Made by a program: the position numbers and the translations under genes
NCBI GenBank assembly: GCA_965262715.1
Contig: OZ253553.1
Span: 1,248,001-1,312,000 of the forward strand
Reading direction: 5' to 3'
Length of the DNA: 64,000 nucleotides
From: Bdellovibrionales bacterium
Lineage (GTDB): Bacteria > Bdellovibrionota > Bdellovibrionia > Bdellovibrionales > JAUICD01
Notes under the pieces: model-generated
Told to the model about the DNA's origin: nothing
The model's database searches: none
Seen by the model: the letters and a program-made list of their open reading frames with translations, nothing else
Part shown: positions 42,673 through 53,524 of the stretch, piece after piece
How the letters are laid out: each line of letters starts with the position of its first letter
Numbering within the stretch: the stretch's first letter is position 1

Positions 42673-43110
42673 ATGGATGATATAGCACCACCACTTAAAT
42701 GCATACTTTATATTGAAAAAGCATTGTCAGAAGGCAAATCTCTACAAACAGGTCTAAAAAAATACATCGCATCAGGAAAGTTATCTTCTCATAAAGAAGA
42801 TTTCTCTTATGAAGTTCAAGAATTATTACAAACATTTTTAATGGATAAAAGTCCATCTGAGTTGAAGTCAAAGACCATTTATAGAAGTGCTCTAAAAGAT
42901 TTACTATGGTCAGGATTAAAAGGCCAAAGTATTTATAAGGAATTACAAGGTCTCAAAGAAGAAATCACTAGAGCCTCTTATGCAGATATTAAGACTTTTA
43001 TCGATTCTATAGCCTTAAAATCGACTATCCCTTTACTGTGTTTACAATTTCCAGCTTTTTTAATGCTATTGATGGGACCTGTTCTCACACAAATATTGGA
43101 GTTTTTATGA
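42673..43110 (+). CDS. TadC-like membrane protein
   Basis: C-terminal K..IPLLCLQFPAFLMLLMGP; follows the TadB-like gene. Confidence 0.6.
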   Translation: MDDIAPPLKCILYIEKALSEGKSLQTGLKKYIASGKLSSHKEDFSYEVQELLQTFLMDKSPSELKSKTIYRSALKDLLWSGLKGQSIYKELQGLKEEITRASYADIKTFIDSIALKSTIPLLCLQFPAFLMLLMGPVLTQILEFL

Positions 43111-43562
43111 TAATTTCACAAATATTAGCTTTTTCACTTCACTTTTATATATATGATATGGTGACAAGAGCAAACTCTATTCAAGAACTAGAAAATAGAC
43201 TTCACTATATTTCTTTAAGCAAAAAATATAACCAAGAATGTTATAAAGAATGGCAAGCAAAAAAACTCCCTAAAAACTGTATTCTTTTAATTGAAATAGG
43301 CAGTCACTTTATCCATAGACCATCTCAAAAAATAAGATCCATCATAAGAAATTATTGCAAACAACCTCTTAACTTATCTTCTTTAACATATTCTACAAAA
43401 CAAAGTCTTACACAACAACCAACACATTTAGATAACACTCATCAAGTACTACAAAAATATATAAAAAAGTACCCAGAATGTGAATACCAATTAAGAGAAT
43501 ATCTTTTAGATGAACAATATAAGATAAAAAGAGATCAATTATATAGAAGCTCAAAATGGTAG
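43107..43562 (+). CDS. hypothetical protein
   Basis: ATGA overlap with the upstream gene. Confidence 0.55.
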   Translation: MIISQILAFSLHFYIYDMVTRANSIQELENRLHYISLSKKYNQECYKEWQAKKLPKNCILLIEIGSHFIHRPSQKIRSIIRNYCKQPLNLSSLTYSTKQSLTQQPTHLDNTHQVLQKYIKKYPECEYQLREYLLDEQYKIKRDQLYRSSKW

Positions 43563-43633
43563 CAGAGGAGGGACTCGAACCCCCGACACGTGGATTATGA
43601 TTCCACTGCTCTAACCACCTGAGCTACTCTGCC
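43557..43633 (-). tRNA. tRNA-Met (CAT), probably elongator
   Basis: GGCAGAGTAGCTCAGGTGGTTAGAGCA-GTGGA-ATCATAA-TCCAC-...GGTTCGAGTCCC...CTCTGCTACCA cloverleaf with encoded CCA. Ile2 identity not excluded. Confidence 0.95.
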
Positions 43634-43755
43634 GTATTCTTTTATATTAAACAATTTTTAAAATATCTTGCTAGATATATCAAGGAGTTCTTCATTCTTC
43701 ATCAATTATAACCTATAACACCCTATACCCTAACTACTTACAGCTTACCATAGAG

Positions 43756-44694
43756 TCACTTGCGATTTTTTAGATTTAATTGCATCAACTTTTCAATAGG
43801 GAACTTTGTGATAGCAAAACCAATGAGTAACAGAATGGTATAAAATAAAAAGTCATTTGAAAGAGGAGTGTGTTCATACCATGCGCCAATAAGCAATGCA
43901 ATAGCAGGAAAGATGATAAAAATAAAAGATAAAACAATAAGACTCATCTTCTTTATAAGAAAAAAGTAAACATTAGAACCTATCAAAGTGATACAGCTAA
44001 GATATATGAGTGCTAAAACAGAATTTTGTGAAAATCCAGCAAAACTTGGCTGTTCAAATATCAAACCTAAAATGGTCAAAATAGTTCCAGCAATGCCCAT
44101 TGGTAAAGCATGAAGAGTGAGCGTACTTACATTTGTACCAAGTTTTTTGATGAAAATATATATAAATGCCTGCATAATAGCTGATATAAGAAGCAAAATA
44201 ATACCTATCAAATTAGAGTAACCTAAATTTAAGTGCAACTTAATCACCATCATTAAACTTAAAAACCCAATGGCTATTCCTATGATTTGTGAAAAAAACA
44301 CCCGTTCCTTCAAAATCACTGATGAAAGTATCAAAGTAAAAACCGGCATTGTACTAAATAGTAGGGCCATCAAGCCAGATGATACATACTGCGCGCTGAA
44401 ATTTATCAACCAATAAGGAATTGTGAAGTAGAAGATTGTCATACATACAAAAAAAGAAAAAAGCTTTTTAGGAAACCAAATGCTCTCACCCCGTATCCAG
44501 ACAAGAGTCAAAAACATTGGAGAAGCTATAATAAACCGCAGGCCAGAAGACATAAGTGGTGGTATCGTTTCAACAACGATTTTAACACTAAGCCATGTGG
44601 TCGACCAAGCCAAACAAACAAATATAAAAAGAACAGCCAAAAAAGTATTAACAAACCAGATGGGTTTCTTATCATAAGATGATTCTTTTTGCAT
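43756..44694 (-). CDS. EamA/DMT family transporter
   Basis: WSTTW..VK, PPL....LRF, VSSGL.AL, ~10 TMs. Confidence 0.9.
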   Translation of the reverse strand: MQKESSYDKKPIWFVNTFLAVLFIFVCLAWSTTWLSVKIVVETIPPLMSSGLRFIIASPMFLTLVWIRGESIWFPKKLFSFFVCMTIFYFTIPYWLINFSAQYVSSGLMALLFSTMPVFTLILSSVILKERVFFSQIIGIAIGFLSLMMVIKLHLNLGYSNLIGIILLLISAIMQAFIYIFIKKLGTNVSTLTLHALPMGIAGTILTILGLIFEQPSFAGFSQNSVLALIYLSCITLIGSNVYFFLIKKMSLIVLSFIFIIFPAIALLIGAWYEHTPLSNDFLFYTILLLIGFAITKFPIEKLMQLNLKNRK

Positions 44695-44876
44695 AAGTGA
44701 CCTCTTTTATTGCAATTCAAGTCATGCATTTTTTGTATTTCGGATTTCTTTCTTTATTTGATAAAATTGCCTTACCGTCAACTCAACAGAATTAGGAGGC
44801 ATCTTAATATCATTTAGATCAAAGGTCGATGTATTCACTAAAGAACTTCATTATTGAGTTGATTTTTTGCAAGGCG

Positions 44877-45896
44877 TCAATCAGTTAATTCATCCCCAAA
44901 GCGACTTAGATAGTCTTGAAATGTAAAACTCTTTGCCTTGCGGAGACCACTATCTTCACTAAAATAATAGATATCTGGAAGATTAATTCCATTAAACATA
45001 TGAGCTTTGACGAAAGAATAGCTGCCAACATCTTTAAAAACCACCTTGGAACCTATTTTCAAAGGTTCTTTAAAATTCTGCATTCCAAAATGATCAAGTG
45101 TATACAAACAATTACAACCTACAAGGGCATATATATAATTCCCATCTTCTTTTAAAAGTTCTGGTATAATTTGAAATTCTAAAACTTCAGGTAAATGATT
45201 TACAGTGGTATCTAGTAAAGCCACATTTTGACCATCTCTTTTGAAAAGATCAATAACAGAAGTGACCAAATAACCTACTTGTTTTACCAAGGAAGCACCT
45301 GGTTCTATAAATATATTCTCAAAATTATTATATTTGTTTCTTATATAACTTATTAGCTTCGAAAAAACATCAATATTATCAGATTGGTCTAAATAATACC
45401 CTCCTCCAAGATTCAGCCATTTAAACTTTCTTAAACAATCTTTTAATACAGACTCAACTTTTATAAAAGTCTCCTCTAATTCACAAATATTTGAACTCAT
45501 ATGAGCATTGTGAATGTGAATGCCTGTGATCTTGCTAAAAAGCCCAGGGTTTTTATCCATAAAATATGAAAACTCATTTAAAGAAACTCCTGATTTAGGA
45601 GGCATATTATCAGATCCATAATTATAATGGAGAAATATCAATTCTAGATCTAAACGCATCCCATATTTAACATGAGATAAAAGCCTATTTTTAAAAAACG
45701 CTAACTGTTCAAGTGTATTGAAACTCATAAAGTTAATATATTGGTGCAGATCATCCCATTGATCCTCTCTGATACCAGGGCTGACATATAAAATATTTTT
45801 TTTAATATCTTGTCCTATATGAGAGCCTACCAAATTAGACATTTGAGTTTCAAAAAGAGAACTCACAGAAAAACCATTTATGAAAGGAAAAATTAT
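44877..45896 (-). pseudogene. 5'-truncated carboxynorspermidine decarboxylase-like (fold-type III PLP) gene
   Basis: GFSVSSLFE, GIHIH, WLNLGGG, IEPG, LDTTVNHLPE, VK.HMFNGINLP. The frame is closed by a stop just upstream of IIFPFINGF, so the N-terminal PLP-lysine region is absent. Confidence 0.7.
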
Positions 45897-46003
45897 TTAA
45901 GACTATTCTTTCATATTATGTACTTATCTGCTTTTATAAAAAACAATTCATGTCTATTTGCGTTAGAGATTCTTAAATCATGGAACAATTAAAATATTAT
46001 TAC

Positions 46004-46080
46004 TAGAAGCCATCTCAAAAATGCTACTAGAGATAACAGTTTTAGAAAAAATACCAATTTTGCATTATATAAACTCACTC
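46004..46080 (+). mobile_element. isolated left end of the MITE-like shell
   Basis: 77 bp almost identical to 1904-1980. Confidence 0.85.
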
Positions 46081-46093
46081 ATCTGAAGTGAGT

Positions 46094-46837
46094 TTAACTT
46101 TTGCCTTGCGCTGCTTTTAGATAAATATCAAGGGAGCGATCTACAGCACTTATAATAATTTTTAAATAATCATCTTTTGACTTACCAAGCTGTGCCTTTT
46201 CCAAAGAATTAATATAAGCAAGCCTGTCTGCTTTGCGAATAATAGCTAGAGGATATCCTGTCATTAATAAAATCATATTCATTAATAATCTTGCTGTACG
46301 TCCATTACCATCAACAAAAGGATGAGTTGTCACAAGTTGATAATGCGCTTCTGATGCCAATTCAACAGGATGAAGATTATGAGAATGTTTAAGTGACTCT
46401 ATGAAGTCTTTCATTAAATCAGGTACTTTATGAGGATTTGGTAAGATAACTGATGAACCAGATATTCTCACAGGTATATTCCGATAACATCCACTATTTG
46501 TATCATCAATCCCTTTTAAAATAACACTTTGGATATGTAAAATATCTTTTTCATTTATGACTTGCGGTTTACGTGCAACTTGGTCTCTAACCCATCTTAG
46601 CGCATGAGCGTGATTAGTTGCTTCCAAATGCTCTCTAAGTGATTTGCCACTAGATGTGATTCCTTTTTCTATAACAAGCGCAGTCTCGTGGCGTGTAAGT
46701 GTATTTCCTTCAATGGCATTACTCGTATAAGTGAACTCTACACAAAACCAATCATCTAAATTGCGCACTAATACTTCTGGTAATGGTCCATAACTATCTA
46801 ACTGCTTTTTTTTCTTAGTCAGTTCATCATATATCAT
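46094..46837 (-). CDS. Fic domain protein (class II-like)
   Basis: HPFVDGNGRTARL catalytic motif; N-terminal SNAIEGN inhibitory motif. Confidence 0.95.
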   Translation of the reverse strand: MIYDELTKKKKQLDSYGPLPEVLVRNLDDWFCVEFTYTSNAIEGNTLTRHETALVIEKGITSSGKSLREHLEATNHAHALRWVRDQVARKPQVINEKDILHIQSVILKGIDDTNSGCYRNIPVRISGSSVILPNPHKVPDLMKDFIESLKHSHNLHPVELASEAHYQLVTTHPFVDGNGRTARLLMNMILLMTGYPLAIIRKADRLAYINSLEKAQLGKSKDDYLKIIISAVDRSLDIYLKAAQGKS

Positions 46838-47050
46838 ATAAAAAGTATATCCATTATGATTTTTAATTTGCAATTCATATTTTTTGGTAATGATCTTTCA
46901 CTTTATATGATCTTGTTGCATAAAGTAAACATGTATAGGAGATTTATGGTAGGCATTTGATCTAGTTCTTATCCAGTGCCTTATGAGACACCTTTGTGTC
47001 ATTCATAAAATCAATTCTTATAAGAATTGTATCACTAGTGATGAGTGAAG

Positions 47051-47830
47051 TTATGCATCTTTTTCTCTAGTGAAAAATAAATATGCGCCAATACCACCTA
47101 TACTAAGAAGTAAAAGCATAAACATTTTCTTCATTCGTTTTTGCTTTGCAGTAGGCTCATCGGGCAGTTCTTCATCCGAATATAAATCAAGAGGAAAAGC
47201 CGATTGAATGGATCCTCCGACACCACCGCCTCCTCCTGCCAAATTGTACCCGCTAGGATCATCCAATAAACTATCAGGAGCCACGACTCGCAAAGATTTA
47301 ACAGCTCTATTAAAAGCTAGTTCATATTTTGTAAACAAGGACTGCCTAGAAGTAAAAGTCACTAATATGGCTACATTTTTTTTCGTTGTTGCTAAATAGC
47401 GTGTATAAAAATTAGGAACCTCAGAATTTTCATGCAAACTGTCAACCCATTGATGTTGATTGTATTTTTTCTCTTTAATATATACCTTCCTTGATAATAA
47501 AGGGTTCCCTTTAGGTCCCACTATTGACTTTGGACGACTAAGATATGTTGCGTATTCATCAATTGAATCTTGAACACCTACTTCCTTAGCAGTAAGGATA
47601 ATAACAGCTTCACTTTTAGATGACCCCTGCCCCTCACAAATCCACTCTGTTTGTTTTATATTACAATTCCACCGATCAGGTAATTCAAAGCTTACATAGC
47701 TATTACTCCATAACCTTGCAAAAGCTATTTGAGTAGAAAATAAACCCAAAAAGACGATGGAAAAAAATACACAACCTTGAAAATAACAAATCACTTTTTT
47801 TTCTAAGTTATTAAGATAAATTTTTAACAT
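47051..47830 (-). CDS. conserved hypothetical exported, C-terminally anchored protein
   Basis: Signal peptide, YVSFELP..W.C, EAVIILTAKEVG, YTRYLAT, C-terminal TM. Confidence 0.8.
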   Translation of the reverse strand: MLKIYLNNLEKKVICYFQGCVFFSIVFLGLFSTQIAFARLWSNSYVSFELPDRWNCNIKQTEWICEGQGSSKSEAVIILTAKEVGVQDSIDEYATYLSRPKSIVGPKGNPLLSRKVYIKEKKYNQHQWVDSLHENSEVPNFYTRYLATTKKNVAILVTFTSRQSLFTKYELAFNRAVKSLRVVAPDSLLDDPSGYNLAGGGGGVGGSIQSAFPLDLYSDEELPDEPTAKQKRMKKMFMLLLLSIGGIGAYLFFTREKDA

Positions 47831-48072
47831 AGCCTTATCCTATCCTTCAAATTTTCTTAGGAGTTTTTTATTATTATGATGTATTTTATTATATCATATT
47901 TTCAATTATTTGGGATTATCTAAAGACCTTAATATTTTCTTTTCTTAATGAAAGCCAGCCTTTTGTTTAAATCTACCTTGAGATATAAACCAAAGACCAT
48001 TCATATAACTAGTAAACCCTTTTATAAAACTTTATTTTATACTTTTCATTAGATATATGATATAAATATCTT

Positions 48073-48966
48073 ATGAATTTCCAACAATTAAAAACCTTTT
48101 GTACTGTTTTGAATGAAAAAAGCATGACGGCCGCCGCTCAAAAACTCTTTCTGACTCAACCAGCTGTTAGCCAACAAATACGACATTTAGAAGAATCCAT
48201 TGGCGTAGACCTTTTTGTAAGAGGAGTTCGAAAGATAAAACCAACTTTTCAAGGCCAAATGCTCTATGAATATGCACAACGTATTTTAAATTTAGCAGAT
48301 CAAGCTGAATTGGCTATTCAAACGATGGGTAAAGGAATAAAGGGACCACTAAGAATAGGAACTCTCAACTCTATCGGCTTGCACACTATTGGGGCTACCT
48401 TTTCTATTTTTTTAAAGAGTAATAAGCAAGTTTGCCTGCAATTAACTTATGCTCCAGGTCATCAATTATTAGATATGCTCGAAAAAGGAGAGCTTGACCT
48501 AGCTATTTTACCAGATGCCTCAGACGAATACAAAAATGACCCAAAAGACTGTATCAAATCTTTCCTGACAAATACAGAAATGTATCTTGTGTCTTCCACT
48601 CAAGATACATCCTTGCCAGAAAGTATTCATTTAAAAGATATCAACTTAAGATCTCTTGTTATGATCTCAGGAGAATACCCTAAATTTGAAAACTTTATTT
48701 ACAAGGAGTTTAAAAGACAGGGAGTTATACCCAAAACTGTGTTTGAATCTTCAAATATAGGCACCTTGAAACGTGTTATAGAAACAGGCGTTGGTTGGGG
48801 ATTTCTCCCTTCTCATGCTATCAAAAAACAAGTCAAAATGGGACGACTTAAACGTATACTTATTAAGGACTTTCATTATAATATAAAACTCTTTTGCTAC
48901 TGCTCTAAAGTCAGAGCTAATGATAAAACAACAGAAGTATTCCTTAAAATCCTCACTGGTAAATAA
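48073..48966 (+). CDS. LysR family transcriptional regulator
   Basis: SMTAAAQKLFLTQPAVSQQIRHLEE. Confidence 0.96.
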   Translation: MNFQQLKTFCTVLNEKSMTAAAQKLFLTQPAVSQQIRHLEESIGVDLFVRGVRKIKPTFQGQMLYEYAQRILNLADQAELAIQTMGKGIKGPLRIGTLNSIGLHTIGATFSIFLKSNKQVCLQLTYAPGHQLLDMLEKGELDLAILPDASDEYKNDPKDCIKSFLTNTEMYLVSSTQDTSLPESIHLKDINLRSLVMISGEYPKFENFIYKEFKRQGVIPKTVFESSNIGTLKRVIETGVGWGFLPSHAIKKQVKMGRLKRILIKDFHYNIKLFCYCSKVRANDKTTEVFLKILTGK

Positions 48967-48986
48967 TCTAGATTCATTCATACATA

Positions 48987-49134
48987 CTGTTTCCCTAAAA
49001 ATAGACCAGCCTCTGGCTGTTTTTTGGCAATGATCACGACGACTAGTGTCCTCGTAAAATGATCATTGCCTAAAAAACCTGTCTATTTTTAGGAAGGAGA
49101 CTCCACTCATTGGTTAACACAATGTTAAGGAAAA
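48987..49134 (+). repeat. hairpin module copy
   Basis: CTGTTTCCCTAAAAATAGAC...GTCTATTTTTAGG...TTAACACAATGTTAAGGAAA. Confidence 0.88.
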
Positions 49135-49197
49135 TTTCCATTTACTACCTTCCCCTTCAAGGGGATGCTGACTACTCGATTGCCGGATCTACAAACA

Positions 49198-50892
49198 TCA
49201 CTTTCTAATATAATTGTAAAAAGCAAGTAGGCTTAGAAAAATAGCTGTTAGAAAACCAATACCACTTAACAGAGGTAATCCTAAAAACTTTTGAGGCATA
49301 TCAAAAAATAAAGCTAAGGATGAAGCTATAATAATGCCACTAATAATTAACCCTAAAAAGAATAACTTAGAAGAAATCTCAACGGAGCGTTTTAAGTTTT
49401 GCAATTCATAAATATCAACTTCAACAGGAAATTTGTAATTAGGTGACCCCACTTTTCTAAGCCACTGCCTTGTTTGCACAGGAACTTCACCTAAGAATTT
49501 TAAGGTATCTTGCGCAAAGTATTTAAAATCTGTAATTTGACCACTCATATCATATTTAGATTTAATAATATCTTCACTCATACCTGTTATCTCTGTCATC
49601 AAATCAAAATCACTGCTAACCCTTCGACCCATTCCATCTATTGTCATAATGGATTTAAAAAACATCACTAACTCTTCGTGAACTCGCAAGTGGTTTCTTG
49701 CTGATAAACTAACAGCTTTCATTAGAAGATGACCGCTATTGATATGCTTACTGCTCAATCCAAAATAAGGAGAAATCAAATCCCTTAATTGTCTTGCAAA
49801 TTGATCTGCATCTGTTTCCTTGCTATAAGGAGCCAGAGCTATAAATTCATAAGCTAAACGCTCATAATCCTCAGATGCTAAAACAATACAAATATTAGTA
49901 ATAGATTGTTTTGTGTGTTTATTTAATCTTCCAACCACACCAAAATCCACAATTCCGACCTTGTTATCAGGCAAGACAAAGATATTTCCAGCATGCAGGT
50001 CTCCATGAAAAAAAGAGTCACAAAAAACCATCTTAGAAAACATCTTTACACTTCTTTTTAAGAAAATACGAGGTTCAATACCTTCTTGTTGAAGAGAACT
50101 TTTATGGTTTAAAGGAAGACCTTTTAGTCTCTCCATAACAAGAATTTGCTCTCCAGATAAATCTAAGAAGACTTTTGGTATTTTTACTGTCAAATCATCT
50201 TTGAAGTTTTCCCGAAATTTTAAGATGTTGTTAGCCTCAATCATAAAATTAGTTTCTAATTGAATTGTTCTAAAAAACTCATCTACGATACCAGTAGGAT
50301 TATAAATGCGAGATTCAGGAACATATTTTTCAAGTAATAAAGCAAGAGTATAAAGCGCATTTAAATCTTTTGTAATATATTCTAAAATATCAGGACGTCT
50401 TACTTTCACCACAACTTCCTGATTGTTTTTTCTAAGTGTAGCACTATACACTTGAGACACACTTGCTGAGGCTATCGGCGTCTTATCAAAAGAGGTAAAA
50501 GTATCTTCTAATGATCCAAAGTGGTCTATAAGAGATGCTCTTACTTCCTCAAACTCTACAGGTTGAACTTGATTTTGCAGTTTTTTTAAATCTTCAGTCC
50601 ACTCATGGGGGATCAAATCAGGACGTGTAGATAACAATTGCCCTAACTTGACAAATGTTGGCCCTAGTTGCTCAAGGCTCATACGTATACGCTCTGATAC
50701 AGAGAGGTTAGAGAGGTTTTCTTGACGAAAAAACCGATTAAGAGATAGTCTACCTAAAATTTTACGACTTATATTGGAATGTTCAAGAATATCTTGAAAC
50801 CCATGCTTTGCAAAAACAACAATAATTTCTCTAATTCTAGCAGCGCTTTTTAGGTTTTTTGCTAGCCTTCTGCCGCTTTCTAAAATGCTCAC
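49198..50892 (-). CDS. ABC1/UbiB family atypical kinase
   Basis: LGPTFVKLGQLLSTRPD, ASASVSQV, VVVKV, FFHGDLHAGN, DFG. Confidence 0.93.
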   Translation of the reverse strand: MSILESGRRLAKNLKSAARIREIIVVFAKHGFQDILEHSNISRKILGRLSLNRFFRQENLSNLSVSERIRMSLEQLGPTFVKLGQLLSTRPDLIPHEWTEDLKKLQNQVQPVEFEEVRASLIDHFGSLEDTFTSFDKTPIASASVSQVYSATLRKNNQEVVVKVRRPDILEYITKDLNALYTLALLLEKYVPESRIYNPTGIVDEFFRTIQLETNFMIEANNILKFRENFKDDLTVKIPKVFLDLSGEQILVMERLKGLPLNHKSSLQQEGIEPRIFLKRSVKMFSKMVFCDSFFHGDLHAGNIFVLPDNKVGIVDFGVVGRLNKHTKQSITNICIVLASEDYERLAYEFIALAPYSKETDADQFARQLRDLISPYFGLSSKHINSGHLLMKAVSLSARNHLRVHEELVMFFKSIMTIDGMGRRVSSDFDLMTEITGMSEDIIKSKYDMSGQITDFKYFAQDTLKFLGEVPVQTRQWLRKVGSPNYKFPVEVDIYELQNLKRSVEISSKLFFLGLIISGIIIASSLALFFDMPQKFLGLPLLSGIGFLTAIFLSLLAFYNYIRK

Positions 50893-52930
50893 GTTTTTTC
50901 TCCCCTGACATTAAAAACTTTGATGGAAGAACAAAATTGATCTTCCCAGAATCTACATTAACATTATCTATAACAATGTTGATCGAATCTCCTAAATAAT
51001 AAAAGTTATTGGTTTTACAGTTACGGAGATATAGATAATTATCATCAAAAACAAAAGAGCCTTTTTCTAAATCACTAAGTCTTAGTAAGCCATCTACATC
51101 AAATTCTGGTAATAAAATAAAAATACCAAACCGGGTAATAGATGTAATAACACCTTTAAATTCCTGACTAATAAGATTTTCCATTAAACGCGCCTTTTTA
51201 ATAGACATAATCTGCCTTTCTGCTTTTACAGAACGCTGTTCACAATTTGAAAGATGATTCCCAATAGAGTCAATAGCTGGATCATTTTTGCTATGACTTT
51301 GAGGTTGAAGACCAAGTTGACACTTTAGTTGACGATGAATGATAAGATCAGAGTATCTTCTAATCGGAGATGTAAAATGTGTATAATGAGTAAACCCTAA
51401 CCCAAAATGACCTATGTTTTTTGCTACATAACATGCCTGCTTCATGGCTCTTAAAACCATGATATTCAAAATAGGCTCATATTGTGTTGACTTAAACCTT
51501 TTCAAAATCTGATTGATTTGTTTGTTCATATTATTCTGACGGATATTTTCCTTATTGCCTAAATGTCTTAAAAAATGATTAAGAAAATCCATTTGCTCAT
51601 TACCAGGTTCTTCATGCACCCTGTAAAGCATTGGTATTTTATGCGCTCTTAAAAAATCTGCAACTGACAAGTTTGCTAAAAGCATCATCTCTTCAATAAT
51701 ACGATGAGAAAATAATCTTCTCACTCTTTCAACACCAACAGCATAACCTGCATCATCTATAGTCATCTGTGTTTCAAGCAAATCTAAATCCAATGATCTA
51801 GAAATCCTTCTAGATAAGAGGACCTCTGCAAGGTCCTTAGCATTAAAAAGCATCTGATTTATCTTTGAAAAATGACGATTTACAAATTGGCCGTCTAAAA
51901 TTGATTGAATCTCTTGATAAGTTGTCCTTGCAAATGTTTTGATCACAGCTTCATAAAACTCCGAAGATAAAAGTTCTCCCTTAGAGTTTAACTTTAAGTC
52001 TGCAACAAACGCTAATCTTTCTACATGAGGATTTAAAGAACATATTCCGTGACTTAATTTTTCTGGCAGCATTGGAACTACATAATTAGGAAGATATGTG
52101 CTATTGCCTCTCTGATACGCCTGCTTATCAATATATGTATGAGGCTTAACATAATAACTTACATCGGCTATAGCAATAAGAACATGAAATCCATCAGATG
52201 TCTTATCAACATAAATAGCATCATCAAAATCCTTTGCTGATTTGCCGTCAATAGTAATAAAAGGTAGTGATGTAAGGTCTTTTCGATTGTGCTTATCTTT
52301 GACCTCAACACAATCAGGTATTTGTAAAAGCTCTTTTTCCACTTGATAGTGAAATTCCTCTTCGATCTGATGTCTAAAAAGCACTTTTTTAATATCAGAG
52401 GAAGGATTGTCTTCAATAACTTGTACCACTTCTCCTATAAAATCTTGACCAGAGGAAGGGTACTGCAAAATTTTTACACACACTACTTGGTTATTCTGAG
52501 CATTAGAAGTTTTATTATGAGGTATTCTTAGATTTCCTCCCCAACTGTGATCTTGATCCACCAAATAGCCACTCTGATCTATTTGTTGAATAAACCGTCC
52601 CACTAAAAGTTTCTTATCACGTTTTAATACTTTAACGACTTCACCAAACCATCGCTTTTTTGTATTTGCTTCTTTGTCTTGATTTAAACCATTCTTAAGC
52701 TTTGCTTTACGAGACCTTTTTTTGAAACTCTGAGATCGACATCCAGTAACTCGAACCAAAACACAATCATTTGTCATAACACCTGATATATCTTCAATAA
52801 AAATATCAGGAATATGAGACATTTCAGGGATAAAAAAACCAAAACCATCAGGATGACGTTTTATAATCCCTTTAAAAGATTTTTGTATGAGCTTTTGAGC
52901 CTCAGATGAAGTTTGCAAACTAAAATTCAT
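50837..52930 (-). CDS. rnr: ribonuclease R
   Basis: HPDGFGF, TIDG.SAKDFDDA, HFTSPIRRYSD, C-terminal S1 domain. Confidence 0.93.
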   Translation of the reverse strand: MNFSLQTSSEAQKLIQKSFKGIIKRHPDGFGFFIPEMSHIPDIFIEDISGVMTNDCVLVRVTGCRSQSFKKRSRKAKLKNGLNQDKEANTKKRWFGEVVKVLKRDKKLLVGRFIQQIDQSGYLVDQDHSWGGNLRIPHNKTSNAQNNQVVCVKILQYPSSGQDFIGEVVQVIEDNPSSDIKKVLFRHQIEEEFHYQVEKELLQIPDCVEVKDKHNRKDLTSLPFITIDGKSAKDFDDAIYVDKTSDGFHVLIAIADVSYYVKPHTYIDKQAYQRGNSTYLPNYVVPMLPEKLSHGICSLNPHVERLAFVADLKLNSKGELLSSEFYEAVIKTFARTTYQEIQSILDGQFVNRHFSKINQMLFNAKDLAEVLLSRRISRSLDLDLLETQMTIDDAGYAVGVERVRRLFSHRIIEEMMLLANLSVADFLRAHKIPMLYRVHEEPGNEQMDFLNHFLRHLGNKENIRQNNMNKQINQILKRFKSTQYEPILNIMVLRAMKQACYVAKNIGHFGLGFTHYTHFTSPIRRYSDLIIHRQLKCQLGLQPQSHSKNDPAIDSIGNHLSNCEQRSVKAERQIMSIKKARLMENLISQEFKGVITSITRFGIFILLPEFDVDGLLRLSDLEKGSFVFDDNYLYLRNCKTNNFYYLGDSINIVIDNVNVDSGKINFVLPSKFLMSGEKKREHFRKRQKASKKPKKRC

Positions 52931-53451
52931 ATTTTCTTACTTATAATAAATATTTTTGATTTGTATAACGACATAATCCTTACATTAAAAAATGACGAAG
53001 TTAATAAAGAAAGGAATTTAGAAACATTTTACTTTAACTTTATAAAATTACCTATAGCACAGTAAAATACAAAAAGTCAAAAAGTCACTTTATCCTTATA
53101 AATATAATATTTTGAACTCTAAAAGTTAAAAATCCTATCACTTGATCAAACTTTGGACAGATCATTTTTAAATTGCGCAAATTTATATAAGCACTTGATT
53201 TTACAAGTAAAAAATTATAATCTGCCTTTTTACTCTCAAATAAGTGACATCAATTGTCTATAAATAAAAGTCTGTATTCTTTATTTTCTCCAATTTATTG
53301 AAATCACACCATCAAAAAAAATAAAAACTGCTTGATTTATCCTAAAAACTAAAAAATATAACGATATTTTTTTATTTCCTATTTTTAAAAGTCCATATTT
53401 TATCAGTGATTGCTATGTCTTACAAATAACATCTCTCTTTGAGACTAAAAC

Positions 53452-53467
53452 TGGCATTTATTTTGCT
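53452..53467 (+). promoter_or_regulatory. sigma54 (-24/-12) promoter
   Basis: TGGCATTTATTTTGCT: GG-N10-GC, ~58 nt upstream of the ATG. Confidence 0.7.
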
Positions 53468-53524
53468 CCTTAATAAAATACAAAGAAGTAAATATAACTT
53501 TTAACAAAACCGAGGGTCAAAAAC

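Noticed and set aside
721..49134. integron attC cassette array
   Set aside because: Modules are dispersed, in both orientations and next to housekeeping genes. They lack a proper RYYYAAC start, and the recombinase lacks the IntI-specific insertion.
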